Of a stretch of DNA of 64,000 nucleotides, positions 16,497 to 31,350 are shown one piece after another; positions within the stretch are counted from its first letter, which is position 1; each line of letters starts with the position of its first letter. The notes under the pieces were generated by a model. That model ran no database searches. It saw only the letters and a program-made list of their open reading frames with translations, and had not been told where the DNA came from. Both the position numbers and the translations under genes were made by a program. Origin of the DNA: the human T2T-CHM13v2.0 reference genome, Homo sapiens; the NCBI RefSeq assembly GCF_009914755.1, contig NC_060936.1; one strand, written 5' to 3'.

Positions 16497-16883
<387 letters not shown>

Positions 16884-17020
16884 TTCCTTAATTATTTGAT
16901 AGAGTTCACCTCATGAAAACATCTAAACTTTTCCTGAGAAAGCTTTGAGATAAAACATCAATGTTTTAAATAACCATAAGGTAAAATAAATTTTATATTT
17001 TAAATAACCATAAGGTAAAG

Positions 17021-17624
17021 TAAATTTTATATATATAAAATATAAATATATATTATATATAAATATTATATTTATAATATTTATATATAACATATAATAT
17101 ATAAATATTATATAAAAATATATATTTACATATTTATATATAATTATAATTATATTTATATATAATAAATATATTTATATTTATATTTATATATAATGAA
17201 TATATTTATATTTATATATAATGAATATATTTATATTTATATTTATATATAATGAATATATTTATATTTATATATAATGAATATATTTATATTTATATAT
17301 AATGAATATATTTATATTTATATATAATAAATATATTTATATTTATATATAATAAATATATTTATATTTATATTTATATATAATAAATATATTTATTTTA
17401 TATTTATATATAATAAATACATTTATATATATATATAATATATTTATATATAAATATTTATATATAATAAATATATTTTTATATAAATGTTTATATATAA
17501 ATATTATATATAATATATATTTTATATATATTTTATATTTTATAATATATATTTTATATATATTTTATATTTTATAATATATATTTTATATATATTTTAT
17601 ATTTTATATATATATATATATTTT
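17021..17624. repeat. AT-rich minisatellite / low-complexity tract
   Basis: Almost pure A/T; repeated 25-31-bp unit atataat(g/a)aatatattt(atattt)1-2at in the middle. Confidence 0.95.
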
Positions 17625-18668
17625 ACCTTATGATCTGTATTTTACAAGTTGTTGTAAATAGTTGCCCATATTTTACCTTGGTCTGTATTTTACAAGAACA
17701 TTGCCTATTTAATAAATTGACAAATTTATTGACATTAAATTTTTCATAATATTTGTTATCCTTCTAATGTCAGAAAAATCAATTGTGCTGCTCACTTTTT
17801 CATTTCTAGTATTGGCAAATTGTGTCTCCTTTAATATTTCTTTCATGATTTTTGATAGGTGGTTTAAAATATTATTAATGCTTAAATCAAACAAATTTTG
17901 GTCTCATTTCTTATTTCTATTGTTTTTATTTTTATTTCATTCATTTCCATCACAATAATTTTTATAACATTCTTTTTTTATTATGTTGAGTAAAGTTCAC
18001 TCATATTTCTAGGTGAAAACTTAAGTTTTTTATTTTAATACTTGAGAAGGAGTATGTACTTTCAAGTATTGTTTAGAGCATTCTATAACTATCTGTTAGC
18101 TCAATTAGTCAATTAATATTACCAAGATTTCCATGAAAAAAGTAAAGAATGTCTACATATTTAAATATACAGTCAGACTCCAAAGAACCAAGTTTGCTCT
18201 GTTGAAATTTTAACGCAGCAATGAAAGAAATCGTTTTCCTTATAAACTGGAAATTAATTTATGAATTAAAGAAAAAGCAGTGAATCTATTGAGACATATA
18301 ACAATTTTAATTCCTTGAACATAATGGGCTTTCAATGAATACATATTGATAAAACAATTATTTACATTATATGTGTACTTGTGAATTGATGAAATACATT
18401 ATGTTTTAAATGTGTGTTACCTGGTACATTTAAGTAATGAGCATTTATCTTTAATGCACAATATTACTATTTTTAAGGAAAAGGGTACTACAACTGAGAA
18501 CTAATATTGTCAAGCTGTTTAAGAATTGGTGGATGTATTTTATAATGAAGAGCTATAACAAGTGTCAAATTACTCAGTTTCACCAATTACAATATTTTGT
18601 ATTCACTTATAAACATTTCTGCATAGATAAATTTTATGAAATGTAGTTTCCATGAATTACTTTCTTAA

Positions 18669-19180
<512 letters not shown>

Positions 19181-19399
19181 TTAGTTTTCAGTTCTATTGT
19201 GAATCATTATTTGGGCAGTCTAAATAAATGTCTGCCTTTAAAACAATAAGTAAATCAAAGACAAAGTTTTAAAATACAAAAATTTGGCTATAGAGAGGAA
19301 ACAGTAGCTTCAAATGTGTTAAAATCATTTACTAATAAATATAAAACAATAAAATTATGCATTTGTTATAATGTTATCTCATGGAATGACAGTAAAATA

Positions 19400-20056
19400 G
19401 TAAAATTTTATACAATTCAGTGGCATCATGATAGATTAGTTTGGCCTCTTCTAAAATTTTATATAATTGAGATGATACAGTAAATTCATTTTTGTTTCTA
19501 GCTTATTTTGTTCTATTTGATTTTGATATTTATTTATCTTATGTGAATTGGTAATTTATTCCCTTTTTTTCACAGACTAGCATGTCATTATGAATATATT
19601 TCAATTTGTTTGTTTTTGTTTATGGTCGTTAAGGTTTATTCCAGCATGGGTTATTGTGAATAAAGCTACTACAACATTTGTTTTGCAAACCTCTTTTTGA
19701 GCATCTATTTTTGTTTCTTGGGGGAGTATACATTCCTAAGATTGAAATTGCTGGTATAAATTAGGTGAATTTATGTATTAAACATCTTTCTACTTACTTT
19801 GGGTTTAATTTTCTGTTTGTTATCTAGCTTCTTAATGCATGATCCTAATCATTATTTTGTACCTTTTTTCTCTTTAATATAAACATTTTAAAGCTATGAA
19901 TATTCCTCTAGTAACTGCTTTGTTTGTATCTCACAAAATATGGTATCTTCTGCTTTTATTAACATTTAACTTGAAAATTGTCTTATTCATGTACAATTAC
20001 ATATGATTTCCACCTTGACTGACGTGTTATTTAAAAGTATGTTGCTTAATTACAAA
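19400..20056 (-). mobile_element. Old L1M fragments (host of the L1PA8 insertion; resumes at 26219-26410)
   Basis: ttattgtgaataaagctac...gaaattgctgg (3' part), then antisense ORF2 that continues after the TSD at 26243. Confidence 0.6.
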
Positions 20057-21058
20057 ACTGGGCAGCTGGTTGGGCAGACACTGAGCTAGCTGTGGGAGGT
20101 TTGTTTGTTTGTTTGTTTGATTTTTTGTTTGTTTTTTGCCCCAGTGGCACTTGGAACCCCAGCATGACAGAACCATTCACTCCTCTGGAAAGGGGGCTGA
20201 AGCCAGGGAGCCAAGTGGTCTTGCTCAGTGGGTCCCACTCTCATGGAGCCCAGCAAGTTAAGTTCTACTGATTGAAATTCTTGTTGTCAGTACAGCAGTC
20301 TGAAGTTGACCTGGGATGCTCAGGCTTGGTGGGGGAAAAGCATCTGCCATTACTGAGGCTTAAGTAGGTGGTTTTCCCCTCACAGTGTAAACAAAGCCAC
20401 CAGAAAGCTCAGACTGGGTGGAATCCACCTCAGTGTGGCAAAGCCAATGTATCCAGACTGCCTCTCTAGATACCCCTTCACTGGGCAGGCCATGTCTGAA
20501 AGAAAGGCAGCAGCCCCAGTCAGAGGCTTATAGACAAAACTCCCATCTTCCTAGGACAGAGCACTTAGGGGAAGGGGCAGCTATGGGTGCAGTTTTGGCA
20601 GTCTTAAATGTTCCTGCCTGCCGGCTCTGAAGAGAGCAGAGGATCTCCCAGCACAGCACTCAAACTCTTCTAAGAAACAGACTACCTCCTCAAGTGGGTC
20701 CCTGACACCCATGCCTCCTGACTGGGAGACACCTCCCAGCAGGGGTCAAGAGATGCCTCACACAGGAGAGCTCTGGCTGGCATCTGGTGGGTGCCCCTCT
20801 GGGATGAAGCTTCCAGAGGAAGGAGCAGGCAGTAGTCTTTGCTGTTCTGCAGCCTCTGCTGATGATACCCAGGCAAACAGGGTCTGAAGTGGACCTCCAG
20901 CAAACTCCAGCAGACATGCAGAAGAGGGGCCTGACTATTAGGAGGAAAACTAACAAACAGAAAACAATAATATCAACATCAACAAAAAGGATGCCTGTGC
21001 AAAAACACCATCCAAAGGACATCAGCATCAAAGATGAACAGTAGGTAAATCCACAAAG

Positions 21059-22081
21059 ATGAGGAAAAACCAGCACAAAAATCCTGAAAATTCCAAAAAT
21101 CAGAGTGCCTCTTCTCCTCCAAAGGATCACAACTCCTCACCTGCAAGGGCACAAAACTGGGTGGAGAATGAGTTTGATGAATTGACAGAAGTAGGCTTCA
21201 GGAGGTGGGCAACAATAAACTCTGAGGTAAAGGAGCATGTTTTAACCCAATTTAAATAAGCTAAGAACCTTGATAAAAGGATAGAGGAGCTGCTGACTAC
21301 AACCACCAGTTTAGAGAGGAACATAAATGACCCGATAGAGCTGAAAAACACAGCATGAGAACTTCATGAAGCATACACAAATAACAACAGCCAAATCAAT
21401 CAAGTGGAAGATAGGATATCGGAGATTGAAGATCAACTTCATGAAATAAACAGTGAAGACAAGATTAAAGAAAAAAGAATAAAAAGGAATGAACAAAGCC
21501 TCCAAGAAATATGGGACTATGTGAAACGACAAAACCTACTATTGATTGGTGTACTTGAAAATGATGGGGAGAATGGAACCAAGTAAGAAAACACACTTCA
21601 GGATATTATCCAGGAGAACTTCCCCAACCTAGTAAGACAGGCCAAGATTCAAATTCAGGAAATACAAAGAACACCACAAAGATACTCTTCGAGAAGAGCA
21701 ACCCCAAGACACATAATCGTCACATTCACCAAGCTTGAAAGCAAGGAAAAAATTCTAAGGGCAGCCAGAGAGAAAGGTCAGATTACCTACAAAGAGAAAC
21801 CCATCAAACTAACAGTAGATCTCTCTGCAGAAACCCTACAAGTCAGAAGAGAGTGAGGGCCAAAATTCAACAGTCTTAAAGGAAATAATTTTCAACCCAA
21901 AATTTCATACCCTGCCAAACTAAGCTTAATAGGTGAAGGAGAAATAAAATCCTTTACAGACAAGCAAGTGCTGAGGAATTTTGTCACCACCAGGCCTGCC
22001 TTACAAGAGCTCCTGAAAGAAGCACTATATATGGAGAGGAAAAAACAGTACCAGCTACTGCAAAAACATACCAAAATATAA
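21059..22081 (+). pseudogene. ORF1: Disrupted L1 ORF1
   Basis: MRKNQHKNPENSK... and EQSLQEIWDYVKR fragments with premature stops. Confidence 0.85.
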
Positions 22082-22144
22082 AGACCAATGACACTATGAA
22101 GAAACTGCATCAAGTAATATGCAAAATAACCAGCTAACATCGTG

Positions 22145-25100
22145 ATGACAGGATGAAATACACACATAACAATATTAACCTTAAAAGCAAATGAGCTCAA
22201 CGCCTCCAATTAAAAGACACAGACTGGCAAAAAAGGATAAAGAGCCAAGACCCATTGGTGTGCTGTATTCAGGAAACCCATCTCAAGTGCAAATACATAG
22301 GCTCAAAATAAAGGGATGCAGGAATATTTACGAAGCAAATGGAAAGCAAAATAAAATAAATAAATAAATAAATAAATAAATATATCAGGGGTTGCAATTG
22401 TAGCCTCTGATAAAACAGACTTTAAACCAACAAAGATCAAAAAAGACAAAGAAGGGCGTTACATAATGGAAAAGGGATCAATGCAACAAGAAGAGCTGAC
22501 TAACCTAAATTTATATGCACCCAATACAGAAGCACCCAGATTCATAAAGCAAGTTCTTATGGTCCTACAAAGAGACTTAGCCTCCCACACAATAAGAGTG
22601 GGAATTTTTAACACCCCACTGTCAATATTAGACAGATCAATGAAACAGAAAATTAACAAGGATATTCAGGACTCCAACTCAGCTCTGGACCAAACAGACC
22701 TAATAGACATCTATGGAACTCTCCAACCCAAATCAACAGAATATACATTCTTCTCAGCACCACATAGCACTTACTCAAAAATTGACCACATAATTGGAAA
22801 TAAAACGCTCCTTAGCAAATGCAAAAGAATGGAAATCATAAGAAACAGTCTCTCATACCACAGTGAAATCAAATTAGAACTCAGGATTAAGAAACTCACT
22901 CAAAACCACACAACTACATGGAACCTGAACAACCTGCTCCTGAATGACTACTGGGTAAATAATGAAATTCAGGCAGCAATAAGTAAGTTCTTTGAAACTA
23001 ATGAGAACAAAGGCGTAAGGTACCAGAATCTCTGGGACATAGCTAAAGTTGTGTTTAGGGAAAAATTTATAGCACTAAATGCCCACATCAGAAATGGGGA
23101 AAGATCTAAAATTGACACCTTAACATCACAATTAAAAGAACTAGAGAAGCAAGAGCAAACAAATTCAAACTAGCAGAAGACACGAAATAACTTAGAGCAT
23201 AACTGAAGGAGATAGAGATGTGAAAAACCCTTAAAAAATCAGTGAACCTAGGAGGTGAAATTTTAAAAGATTAACAAAATAGACCACTAGCCAGACTAAT
23301 AAATAAGAAAAGAGTGAAGAATCAAATAGACACAATAAAAAATGATAAGGGGGGATATCACCACTGATCCCACAGAAATACAAACTACCATCAGAAAATA
23401 CTAAAAACACCTCTACACAAATAAACTAGAAAATGTAGAAGAACTTGATTAAATTCCTGGACACATAAACCCTCCCAAGACTAAACCAGGAAGAAGTCAA
23501 ATCCCTGAATAGACCAATAACAAGTTATGAAGTTGAGGCAGTAATTAATAGCCTACCAACCCAAAAAAGCCCAGGACCAGGCGGATTCACAGGCAAATTC
23601 TACCACAGGTACAAAGAAGAGTGGGTACCATTCCTTTTGAAATTATTCCAAACGATAGAAAAAGAGGGACTCCTCCCTAACTCATTTTATAAGGCCAGCA
23701 TCATCCTGATACCAAAACCTGGCAGAGACAACACAAAAAATAAAAAGAAAATTTCAGGCCAATATCCCTGATGGACATTGATGCAATTATCCTCTTTAAA
23801 ATACTGGCAAACCAAATCCAGCAGCACATCAAAAAACTTATCCATCAAGATCAAGTCAGCTTCATCCCTGGGATGCCAGGCTGCTTCAATATACACAAAT
23901 CAATAAATGTAATTCATCACATAAACAGAGCCAATTACAAAAACCCTGTGATTATCTCAATAGATGCAGAAAACACCTGTGATAAAATTCAACACACCTT
24001 CACGACAAAAACACTCAATAAACTAGGTATTGATGGGACATATCTCAAAAATAATAAGAGCTATTTATGACAAACCCACAGCCAATATCATACTGAATGG
24101 GCAAAAGCTAGAAACATTCCCTTTGACAACCGGCAAAAGACAAGGATGCCCTTTCTCACAACTCCTATTCAACGTAGTATTGGAAGATTTGGCCAAGGCA
24201 ATCAGGCAAGAGAAATAAATAAAGAGTATTCAAATAGGAAGAGAAGAAGTCAGATTGCCTCTGTTTGCAGATAACTTGATTGTATATTTAGAAAACCCCA
24301 TTGTCTCAGTTCAAAAACACTTTAAGCTGATAAGCAACTTCAGCAAAGCCTCAGGATACAAAACCAGTATGCAAAAATTACAAACATTCTTATAAACCAA
24401 TAATAGACAAACAGCCAAATCATGAGTGAACTCCCATTCACAATTGCTACAAAGAGAATACAATATTCAGGAATCCAAATTACAAGGGACATGAAGGACC
24501 TCTTCAAGGAGAACTACAAACAACTGCTCAAGGAAATGAGAGGACACAAACAAATGGAAAAAAGTTTCCATGCCCTTGGATAGGAAGACTCAATATTGTG
24601 AAAATTCTCATACTGCCCAAAGTAATTTAAAGATTCAATGCAATTCCCATCATGCTGCCTTGATTTTCTTCATAGAATTAGAAAAAAACTACTTTAAATT
24701 TCATATGGAACTAAAAAAGAGCCCATATAGCCAAGACAATTCTAAGCAAAAAGAATAAACCTGGGGGCATCACACTAACTGACTTCAAACTATACTACAA
24801 GTCTACAGTAACCAAAACAGCATGGTACTGGTACCAAAACAGATATATAGACCAACAGAACAGAACAGAACAGAGGCCTCAGAAATAATGTCACACATCT
24901 AAAACTATCTGATCTTTGACAACCCTGACAAAAACAAGCAATGGGGAAAGGATTCCCTGTTTAAAAAATGGTGTTGGAAAAAGTGGCTAGCCATATGCAG
25001 AAAACTGAAACTGGACCCCTTCCTTACACTTTATACAAAAATTAACTCGAAATGGATAATCACTTAAATATAAGGCCCAAAATCATAAAAACCCTAGAAG

Positions 25101-25989
25101 AAAACCTAGGCCATACCATTCAGGGCATAGGCATAGGCAAAGACTTCATGACTAAAACACAAAAAGCAATGGCAACAAAAGGCAAAATTGACAAATGGGA
25201 TCTAATTAAATTAAAAGCCTTCTGCACAGCAGGAGAAGCTATCATCAGAGTTAACAGGTAACCTACAGAATGGGAGAAAAATTTTGCAATCTATCCATCT
25301 GACAAAGGGCTAATATCCAGAATCTACAATGAACTTAAACAAATTTACAAGGAAAAAAAAACAATGTCATCAAAAAGTGGGCAAAGGATATAAACAGACA
25401 CTTTTCAAAGAAGACATTTATGTGGCCAACAAACATGAAAAAAAGCTCATCATCACTGGTCATTAGAGAAATGTAAATTAAAATCATAATAAGATACCAT
25501 CTCACACCAGTTAGAATGGTGATCATTAAAATGTCAAGAAACAACAAATGCTGGAGAAGATGTGGAGAAATAGGAACACTTTTACACTGTTGGTGGGCAT
25601 TTAAGTTAGTTCAACCATTGTGGAAGACAGTGTGATGATTCCTCAAGGATCTAGAACTAGAATTACCATTTGATCCAGCAATCCCATTACTGGGTATATA
25701 CCCAAAGGATTGTAAATCATTCTCCTATAAAGACACATGCACACATATGTTTATTGCAGCACTACTCACAATAGCAAAGACATGGAACCAACTCTAATGG
25801 CCATCAATGATAGAGTGGATATAGAAAATGTGGCGCATATACACCGTGGAATATTATGCAGCCATAAAAAAGAATGAGTTAATGTTCTTTGCAGGGACAT
25901 GGATGAAGCTGGAAACCATCATACTCAGTAAAATAACATAGGAACAGAAAACCAAACACTACATATTTTTACTCATAAGTAAGAGTTGA
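22145..25989 (+). pseudogene. ORF2: Disrupted L1 ORF2
   Basis: Endonuclease fragment 22466-23173 (NLYAPN, YSKIDH) and RT fragments; multiple stops and frameshifts. Confidence 0.85.
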
Positions 25990-26499
25990 ACAATGAGAAC
26001 ACATGGACACAGGGAGGGGAACATCACACACTGGGGCCTGTCAGGGAGTGGGGGGAAAGGTGAGGGATAGCATTAGGAAAAGTACCTAATGCATGTGGGG
26101 TTTTAAACTTTTTTTGATGGGTTGATGGGTGTAGCAAACCACCATGGCAAATGTACACATAAGTAACAAACCTGTATGTTCTGCACATGTATCCCAGCAT
26201 TTAAAATATAAAAATGTTAAAAGTATGTTGCTTATTTACAAATATCTAGGGATATAATTGTTTTATTTTTATTTGTTTTTAATCCAATTCATTGTCAGAG
26301 AGCATACTCACTATAATTTTAATCACTTAAAAGTAATTTAGACTTGCTTTGTAGCCATATCTTGGGTAATGTTCCATGTGACTTTAAAAAAACACGTTTT
26401 TCTCAGTTTTTCTATGGTCGTATACTCTATTCTCTCTCTCTTCCCCCAATCCTCCAACAATCCCTTGTTTGACTCTGTGACCCTATGATTCTCTATTAG

Positions 26500-27400
26500 C
26501 TGAGAAAAAGCAACCTTTCTGGCTCACTATCATGGGTTTCAGTATTGAAAGCATGTTGCTGTTTGGAAATAAGTAGCAATATACCTTGCAAGTGGTAAAA
26601 CCTTGATGTAAGAAGGCAAAGGCAAATCTTCACTATGAACTCATAAGTGTTTATTTGGTAGTGGAAGAAGAGTTAAGTACTCACTCAGGAGAACATTATG
26701 TGTATTCCCAGATTTTTTAATGTTGGCCAGTAGCCTTGTTGTTTGGTCATGCAAATTGGCCATAGAAAATGGACAATAGATAATATCCATCCATATGAGG
26801 CACTCTTATGGAAATATCTATTGGAGTTGAGAAGTATTGAAGAGGATCATCTCAAACACCATCTCTCCAAGAAAGGCTTATTTAGTTCACTAGACTATCT
26901 ACCTAAGTTAATGAAATGAGTAGTGTATTGGTTCTTAGATCACAGATCTAAGATAGCACATATTTCCCTTACACCCTATAAAACAACTAATGTGACAAAT
27001 TACTGTGTCCAATATAAACAAATATATAATCTCTTGTCAATGATCATGGGTAAAATTACCCAAAGCAAGTAGGTCACATTGGACCTCTACCTGTAGCCAG
27101 AGAAAGCTTAAAGTGAGTATTAAGTGGGAACAAAATCTTTTCTACTTGAGACTGCACTTATTCTGTAGCAGATCTAATCTGAGGCATAAATTTCAAAGTT
27201 TGAAGCGATATATTTTCTATTAAATTGAACTACTTACATGTCTGTTTTCTGATCATCTACAAAATGGTCTAGGAAACATAATATTACACAAGCATATCAT
27301 ATTCTTTATTACTCTCAGAACAGTGGTCTAACAAAATTCAAATGAGGAAGTGAAACATATACAGGAGGTGGTGAGAAAGGTCTTAAGAGTTGGCTTAGTT
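26500..27400 (+). mobile_element. Decayed ERVL-class internal region (RNase H and integrase remnants)
   Basis: Hand translation: DFLMLASSLVVWSCKLAIENG (~26711, like DSWAVANGLAxWSGxW); QVGHIGPLPVARESLK*VLSG (27066, like WQVDYIGPLP...KWVLTG); YHILYYSQNSGL (~27295, like YHxPYHPQxxGL). Confidence 0.7.
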
Positions 27401-27403
27401 GGT

Positions 27404-28792
27404 GTGTTTGACTGACTGTAAGGTGACTTGTGAATGATCTCTGAATGCTGGTGTTTACACCCTTTGTTTCAACCCATTTTCTTCAAAGTATATCAGACCC
27501 ATGACTTGTTTCTAATTAACAAAATATGACAAATATGACAAAGGTAATGATACTTCACTTCTGTGAATATATTATGTTATATAAGACTCTGTCTTACAAT
27601 CAGACTCTTTCTAGAGACCCTCTTCCCTAGCTGGCTTGATGAAATAAACAGTTATGTTGGGAAAACCCACATGGCAAGAGAGTATGAACAGCCTCTACAG
27701 ACTGCAGACAACTTCTAGGAAGTGAGGGTGATTTTTGGCTGACATCCAGGAAAAAAAAAAAACAAAGCAAAAAATGGAAGCTCTAAGTCCTATACCCACA
27801 AGGAACTGAATTCCATCAAAACCTGGATTAACTTTGAAGCCAATTCTTTTCCAGTCCAGTCTTCAGATCAAAATGCAGCCAACCAGTACTTATGCTGCTA
27901 CTTTGTGAGCTCCTAAACACAGGGGCCAGCTAAGTTGGTCCTGGACTTTAGAAACTATAAGTTGTCAAGTGTGTGTTGATTTACAAGTATTGTCGAGGAT
28001 GTGGAGAAAGGGAATCCTGGTACAACGTTGGTGAGAAGTAAAGCATTACAGCCATTAGGGAAAATTGTATGGAGTTTCCTCAAAAAATTAAAAAAGAACT
28101 ACCATATGATCCAGCAATCCAACTACTGGTTATATACTTAAAGGAAAATGAAATCAGCATGTATAAGAGAAACCTGTACTCTCACGTTTATTGTGGTACT
28201 ATTCACAATTGCCGAGATATGGAGTCAATCTAAGTGTTCATTAGGGATAATGGATAAAGAAAATGTAGCATATATACATAATGGAATACTATTCAGCCAT
28301 AAATGTGAATGAATACCTTCATTTGTAACAACATGGATTAACCTGGAGAACCTTATTTAACTGCATGAAATAAGCCAGGCACAGAAAGACCAATATGGCA
28401 TGATCTCACTCATATATGGAATCAAAAAAAGTTCATCCCATAGAAGGTGACAGTAGAATCTTGGTTACTAGAGGATGGGAAAGGATGAGGAAAAGAGGAG
28501 TTGGTCAATGGTACAATATTACAGTTTGGAGGAATAAGTTCTGGTGTTGTATTGCATGGTAGGGTGACTAAAGTTAATAATAATGTATTGTATATTTCAA
28601 AATAGCTAGAAGAGGAATTTTAATATTCTTACCATACAGAAATGATAAATAAGGTAATGGATATGCTAACTACTCTGATTTGATCATTACACATTTTAGT
28701 CCATAAATTTGTACAATTATTTTATGTGTATCAAAAATAAAGCAAAAGTAAGTATGTGGCAATTCATTACACAGCAATAGATAACTAATGCA
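27404..28792 (+). mobile_element. MaLR LTR, MLT1E/F-like, split by an L1MA insertion
   Basis: 27404-27980 body (gacttgtttctaattaacaaaatatg, cacatggcaagag, caaggaactgaattcc); terminus tgtggcaattcattacacagcaatagataactaatgca at 28755-28792. Confidence 0.75.
27981..28748 (+). mobile_element. L1MA (MA3/4-like) 3' end
   Basis: gaggatgtggagaaagggaa...tagggtgactaaagttaataataatgtattgtatatttcaaaatagctagaagagg. Confidence 0.85.
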
Positions 28793-28821
28793 ATAACTTA
28801 AAAACAAATGTCCTAAATCTG

Positions 28822-29126
<305 letters not shown>

Positions 29127-30269
29127 GATGGGACTCTTTAGGTACATCGTCCACATAAACATCAGTTAGCGTGAGATTATATCCTCACTAAGAAAGGACT
29201 ATTGTGTCTTAACGTAATGTATTGAATATCTGTGAAGGTCACAGGTTCCAGCTACTAGGAAATTGAACCAAATAAGTAAATTTATTTTAAAAAAAACTAC
29301 AGAAAGCCTAAATCACAACAAAGTCACCTGACAGTATGTTCTTAATTGTTCTTTAATAGCCTGAATTTCATGAATACAAAGAGATTTATCTCCCCTGTGG
29401 CTCAATTGTTCCACCATACCTAAAAGCAGGTGTTTGTAACAACTGGCACTGTAATATTTAGATATAGTTATATCTACAAACCAAATAAAACCCAGAATTT
29501 ATTGAATAGTGACCTGTAGTCACCAATCCATTAATTGAGAATGTTTGGTATGCTGCAAGAGGTTGTTTCTGTTGGGATAGAATACCGAATGATACTGTAA
29601 CTTGAACTGTTGTATACTGAGACCTTTTTCAATCTCTCCATTATAGCTAAAAAGTATAACAAAGGTTTGAAGTTCATTTTTGTAATTAAATGAAAACCAA
29701 TCTTATGCAAGTGAAGATAAGAATTATTTTAATAAGCTGAGTTGAAAACTCCAAATCATATAATTAAAATGGGAACCCATTGGCCATGAAAACAAGTGAC
29801 TTTGGCCATAGACATTCAAATAAATGCCTTCATCAACATGTATAAAAAATTTTAAGTAACGTAAATTATGAAGTAATTTAACTAGGAAAAAATGACTCAT
29901 AAAAAATTGTACATGCTTTATACAGGAAACTCCTATGCTTATGCATATGGTTCAAATTTTCATCCTCATCTTATGTTAGGCATATTCTTTTATACAAGAT
30001 TTTGCAGAAAATGCTGTAATATGAATAATGACTAGCTACCTGATATATGTGGCAAGAAGATGTTGACAAAGTAAGAGAATGGACTGAAGAGAAAGCAGTT
30101 TAGATATCTTGCCTTTGATCCATTTATCTCCTAATTCCCCAGGGTCAACCCCTGGGGAAAAAAAATGCAGATGACTTGGTCTAGCCACCTTGAAAACATG
30201 CTAATAACTGACATTTCTTATAACATGTTGACTGAATGCACAGACTCATATTTTCTAAAACCGGTGTTC

Positions 30270-31350
30270 TTATTTATAAGATGCAAAAATTGATCTGCTG
30301 TTACATTTTCATTTCAGATATTGAATTCTTCAGGTCTAGAATTTTAGTTAATTTCTTTGTATCCATTCCATATCTTTGTAGAGATTCCCAATCTTTCATT
30401 TATTATGCCTTTTTTAAGTACATAAAATTTTTATCACAAGTGTTTAACTACACTTATCTTTAAATCCCCAAACATCTGTGTCATCTGAATTTGTTACTAT
30501 AGCTTTTTTTTCCATTACTTGAGAGTCATATTCACCTCCTTCTTTGCATGTCTAGTAATTTTAATTCTATCCTGAACAAGGCAGATGCTGCAAGCTTATT
30601 TTCTGCCCACATTTAGATTGTATTAAGTTTAGTTCTGGCTAGCAGACAGGTCTTCTTGATCCTATAAAACCTTGGTTTCAGAAATTGTTATGAAGGATAC
30701 AGCATATTTTTTACTCAATGACTAGAGTAACCCTGCTCCTAAAACATCTTTCTTGGATCATGATGGCATGTCTGTCTGTTTAATGAGGCATCTCCAATTT
30801 GTCTAGTCATATCTCCTAACACATATTCGGTAAGGCCTCCAGAATATGCATTCATCTCCCTGATCCCCTATCCCCTAGTATTAGCTATTCTCTGACTCGT
30901 TTTCAGGGTCTTGCCCAGTGCATGCACAAGTTAGTATTTGGGCAAAGCCTCAAAGGGAAACCTATGTAGTCCTCTGGATTTTCTTATCTGTGCAATTCCT
31001 TCACCACTAGTTTTCTGTCCTATAAATTGCAGCTGATTCAGCAAACTCCAGCATCCAAACCATATACCTTCCAGTTAGATCTCTACTTTGTTTGACTAAG
31101 CTCTCCTGCCATATATATATATTTCCTGAGGGTGCATTTGTGTTTCACTGGCAATTCTCTGTGCCATAATTTGGGTAGTGATCGTCACAGAAAGCCAAGT
31201 TGAATGCAGAGGTCACCTCTTTTTTTCCTTTCTCTCAAGCACCATAGCCCTGTGCTGCCCAATTCATTATAAACAGTTGCTTTGTATATGCTTATTGTCT
31301 TTTCTTCTTAGTTGGTTTCTGAAGTCCCTGGTCTGTTTTAAATGTCTCCT
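30270..31350 (-). mobile_element. Ancient L1M 5'/ORF1-region fragment
   Basis: tttcatttcagatattgaattcttcaggtctagaattt...ttctttgcatgtctagtaatttt matches old L1M 5' regions; right boundary uncertain. Confidence 0.55.

Larger units (their letters stand above)
20057..26218 (+). mobile_element. Near-full-length L1PA7/8-like element lacking the start of the 5' UTR
   Basis: 5' UTR, ORF1, ORF2 and 3' UTR (cctaatgcatgtgggg); 24-26-bp direct repeat at 20031-20056 and 26217-26242. Confidence 0.93.

Noticed and set aside
17021-17624. CRISPR-like array
   Set aside because: No unique spacers; low-complexity AT minisatellite in a eukaryotic context
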